Positions 1 through 1,072 of a DNA stretch of 1,072 nucleotides are shown here, one piece after another. A program made the position numbers and the translations under genes. Under the pieces are notes generated by a model that saw only the letters and a list, made by a program, of their open reading frames with translations, did no database searches and was not told where the DNA came from. Source of the DNA: Naegleria gruberi (Eukaryota); NCBI GenBank assembly GCA_000004985.1, contig GG739580.1; one strand, written 5' to 3'. Numbering within the stretch: position 1 is the stretch's first letter; every line of letters starts with the position of its first letter.

Positions 1-53
1 AACAAGTAGTTTATTTTTATATTTTTATAAAACAAGTTTAAATTCATTAAAAG
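1..53 (+). other. Possible 3' end of an intron of gene 1, with acceptor AG at 52-53. Alternatively it is low-complexity exon sequence
   Basis: This stretch has 7 G/C in 53 nt (about 13% GC), against about 28% downstream. It ends '...ttcattaaaAG|attggagatc'. The encoded peptide in the open frame (TSSLFLYFYKTSLNSLK) is low-complexity. Seventeen open codons could arise by chance in AT-rich DNA, with probability about 0.2. Confidence 0.3.
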
Positions 54-469
54 ATTGGAGATCATCATATGGTGATACATCACGTATAGTTGGTGCATAT
101 ACAGGTGCATGGTTAGGTACATGGTTATTAATTTATTTTTATAAACCTTCCTATTTAGTTTCTAAATTACTAAATTTAGATATTGAATTACCTATTTTAA
201 AAATGATTAATTTTAATGAATTTATATTTATTTTATGGACATCATTAATTGGTATTATACTTGTTTTAGCAAGTAAAGAAATTACTAAACATTTATTATT
301 TCAATTATTTAAATTATTTTATTTAAATGAAAATGATAAAAAATTAACAATGAAACAATTATTACGTTCACGTTATGATATTGAAGTACCTATCATTTTC
401 ATTTCATATACAATGATTGGTATTACAAGTGCTTTTATTGTACCTGTTTTTATAATTGGAAAATTTTAA
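2..469 (+). CDS. 5'-partial CDS for the C-terminal part of a small hydrophobic multi-pass membrane protein. The frame is open from the window edge, the first in-frame ATG is at 203, and the stop is TAA at 467-469
   Basis: I translated frame 2 by hand: TSSLFLYFYKTSLNSLKDWRSSYGDTSRIVGAYTGAWLGTWLLIYFYKPSYLVSKLLNLDIELPILKMINFNEF...VPVFIIGKF*. There is no stop for 156 codons in roughly 80% AT DNA, which I estimate has a chance probability of about 1e-7. The other two + frames hit stops within about 35 nt of position 54 (tag 87-89; tga in 'tggtga' about 73-75). Three hydrophobic stretches are TM-length: IVGAYTGAWLGTWLLIYFY, FIFILWTSLIGIILVLA and VPIIFISYTMIGITSAFIVPVFIIG. GC content rises from about 13% (1-53) to about 28% (54-469), which is exon-like. 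The ORF track confirms 203..469. The true 5' boundary is unknown: there may be an intron acceptor at 52-53, or the exon may continue upstream. Confidence 0.65.
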   Translation, partial: TSSLFLYFYKTSLNSLKDWRSSYGDTSRIVGAYTGAWLGTWLLIYFYKPSYLVSKLLNLDIELPILKMINFNEFIFILWTSLIGIILVLASKEITKHLLFQLFKLFYLNENDKKLTMKQLLRSRYDIEVPIIFISYTMIGITSAFIVPVFIIGKF

Positions 470-470
470 T

Positions 471-518
471 ATTATTAGAATTATATTATTATATTATTAG
501 AATTATATTATTATATTT
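471..518. repeat. Perfect 22-bp tandem duplication (tattattagaattatattatta x2, then a partial third unit 'tatt') two nucleotides after the gene 1 stop codon
   Basis: Positions 471-492 and 493-514 are identical when read directly. Positions 515-518 restart the unit, then the sequence diverges (tattttattt...). Confidence 0.9.
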
Positions 519-577
519 TATTTAAATACAATACATGAAGATGTGATAGTGTTGTTATTGTTGTTAAAATAAAAGTT

Positions 578-583
578 CATGAT
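578..583 (+). promoter_or_regulatory. Candidate polyadenylation signal AATAAA for gene 1
   Basis: The hexamer aataaa lies within 'gttaaaataaaagttcat', about 110 nt downstream of the TAA stop at 467-469. Such hexamers also occur by chance in 90% AT sequence. Confidence 0.35.
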
Positions 584-604
584 TTTTATTAGATTTGGAA
601 ATTG

Positions 605-614
605 TTGGCGCCAA
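605..614. promoter_or_regulatory. GC-rich perfect palindrome TTGGCGCCAA (E2F-like site, contains GGCGCC) in the gene 2 promoter region
   Basis: Positions 605-614 read ttggcgccaa, which is its own reverse complement. The minus strand of 607-616 reads TTTTGGCGCC and contains the E2F consensus TTTGGCGC (TTTSSCGC). It is the only GC-rich element in an otherwise roughly 88% AT spacer, and sits about 35 bp upstream of ATG 648. Confidence 0.3.
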
Positions 615-647
615 AATTAAAGATTTAAACGTTAAAAAAAATTGAAA

Positions 648-1072
648 ATGTTTAGAAATTCACTAACACAAGGTGGATCAACACAATGGGGTGCAACTAT
701 TGAAGATATTAATACATCTAATTTATCATTTGATTCGGATGAAGATAATGATCAACAGCAACAACAAAAACAACAACAAGTGACTAGTAATGAATCTATT
801 ATACAACAACAATCATCATCATCAATAATTAATAATAATAATAATATAACAACAATATCATCATCATCACCTATTAATAAATCTAAAAGTAATATTCATC
901 CATTATTAAGAAGTACATTAGATGATTTAGATGATATTAAACAAAATGATAATACTAATACTAATAATAACAACATGGATGATGATGATATAGAAGAAGA
1001 ATCACCTAGTAGTCCACCTGTTATTACTTCTTTTAAACAATCTAATATTAATAATATTAATATAATACTATT
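648..1072 (+). CDS. 3'-partial CDS for the N-terminal 141 codons of a low-complexity Q/N/S/D-rich protein, probably intrinsically disordered
   Basis: ATG at 648-650 sits in a Dictyostelium-style 'gaaaATG' context and is preceded by in-frame TAA at 633-635. It is therefore the first possible start. Between 636 and 647 there is no AG that could serve as an acceptor. I translated it by hand with no stop through 1070: MFRNSLTQGGSTQWGATIEDINTSNLSFDSDEDNDQQQQQKQQQVTSNESIIQQQSSSSIINNNNNITTISSSSPINKSKSNIHPLLRSTLDDLDDIKQNDNTNTNNNNMDDDDIEEESPSSPPVITSFKQSNINNINIIL.... Codon usage is caa/aat/tca/gat/ggt/cca. The ORF track omits it only because the ORF runs off the 3' edge without a stop. Confidence 0.8.
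   Translation, partial: MFRNSLTQGGSTQWGATIEDINTSNLSFDSDEDNDQQQQQKQQQVTSNESIIQQQSSSSIINNNNNITTISSSSPINKSKSNIHPLLRSTLDDLDDIKQNDNTNTNNNNMDDDDIEEESPSSPPVITSFKQSNINNINIIL
753..779 (+). repeat. Imperfect (CAA)9 codon repeat encoding QQQQQKQQQ
   Basis: caa cag caa caa caa aaa caa caa caa is in frame with ATG 648. Confidence 0.9.
804..869 (+). repeat. Block of trinucleotide tracts (caa)3-(tca)4-ata att-(aat)5-...-(tca)4 encoding QQQSSSSIINNNNNITTISSSS
   Basis: Read directly: caacaacaa 804-812, tcatcatcatca 813-824, aataataataataat 831-845, tcatcatcatca 858-869. Confidence 0.85.
951..1001 (+). repeat. (aatact)2-aat aat aac aac and (gat)4-ata-(gaa)3 tracts encoding NTNTNNNN...DDDDIEEE
   Basis: aatactaatactaataataacaac at 951-974; gatgatgatgat at 978-989; gaagaagaa at 993-1001. 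Confidence 0.85.

Noticed and set aside
159-180. 8-bp inverted repeat tctaaatt-acta-aatttaga (161-168 / 173-180) forming a potential hairpin
   Set aside because: It lies inside the gene 1 coding frame (encodes VSKLLNLD), is made only of A/T-rich bases, and is short. Stems like this arise frequently by chance in roughly 80% AT DNA, so nothing supports a regulatory or structural role.
203-469. Taking the ORF-track 88-aa protein (Met203 start) at face value as a complete small protein
   Set aside because: The same frame stays open for another 67 codons upstream with exon-like GC content and a TM helix, and 203 is simply the first in-frame ATG. I cannot exclude the Met203 start, but it is the less likely reading.
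470-647. Possibility that 470-647 is an intron and the two ORFs are one gene
   Set aside because: Gene 1 ends in an in-frame TAA, with no GTAAGT or GTATGT-type donor before it. Gene 2 is preceded by in-frame TAA (633-635), with no AG between that stop and ATG 648 to act as an acceptor. The frames also differ (2 versus 3). Two separate genes is the simpler reading.
586-647. Calling a TATA box or T-run core promoter for gene 2
   Set aside because: In roughly 90% AT sequence, TATA-like strings (tttttatta, ttaaag) are everywhere. I could not single one out with any confidence without a mapped TSS.
1-1072. Prokaryotic-style features (Shine-Dalgarno sites, sigma-70 promoters, rho-independent terminators, CRISPR repeats, IS elements, defence or toxin-antitoxin modules)
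   Set aside because: Sequence composition, codon-repeat tracts, start-codon context and poly-Q/N proteins indicate a eukaryotic (dictyostelid-like) nuclear locus. No repeat-spacer array, no RBS-like purine motifs positioned before the ATGs, and no GC-rich stem-loop plus U-tract were seen.
1-1072. Alternative origin from Plasmodium or another AT-rich apicomplexan
   Set aside because: Plasmodium also has Asn-rich low-complexity sequence. But the pure CAA-encoded poly-Gln, TCA poly-Ser, the very short intergenic spacer and the codon preferences fit Dictyostelium better. This is unresolvable without a database search, so I treat it as a probable rather than certain assignment.
1-1072. Minus-strand genes or antisense ORFs
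   Set aside because: The ORF track reports none. My reading of the reverse complement is dense in TAA and TTA-derived stops across all three frames, as expected for the antisense of AT-rich coding DNA.

Overview
This 1072-bp window is extremely AT-rich (about 13% GC in non-coding stretches, 25-30% in coding stretches). Its coding style is typical of a dictyostelid (Dictyostelium-like) nuclear genome: CAA/AAT/TCA/GAT codon-repeat tracts giving poly-Q/N/S/D, A-rich 'aaaATG' start contexts, and ggt/tca/cca/tta codon preferences. It is not prokaryotic, and I see no CRISPR, RBS-driven operon, IS element or RNA gene. I can support two protein-coding genes on the + strand, head-to-tail, both running off the window. 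Gene 1 is 5'-partial. Its frame is open from position 2 to the TAA at 467-469. The ORF track's 203..469 is only the part after the first in-frame ATG. The product is a small, very hydrophobic protein with three predicted transmembrane helices, including a GxxxGxxxG glycine zipper. Gene 2 is 3'-partial. It runs from ATG 648 to the window end and is missing from the ORF track because it has no in-window stop. It encodes a low-complexity Q/N/S/D-rich protein that is probably disordered. The 178-bp spacer between them (470-647) holds a perfect 22-bp tandem duplication just after the stop codon, a candidate AATAAA poly(A) signal, and a GT-rich island. It also holds a conspicuous GC-rich 10-bp palindrome, TTGGCGCCAA, about 35 bp upstream of the gene 2 ATG; this matches the E2F consensus TTTGGCGC on the minus strand. 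I see no evidence of a novel multi-gene 'system'. The most testable and interesting item is the E2F-like palindrome, which would predict cell-cycle regulation of gene 2. The most useful corrections are to the ORF track: the extended frame of gene 1 and the missed gene 2.
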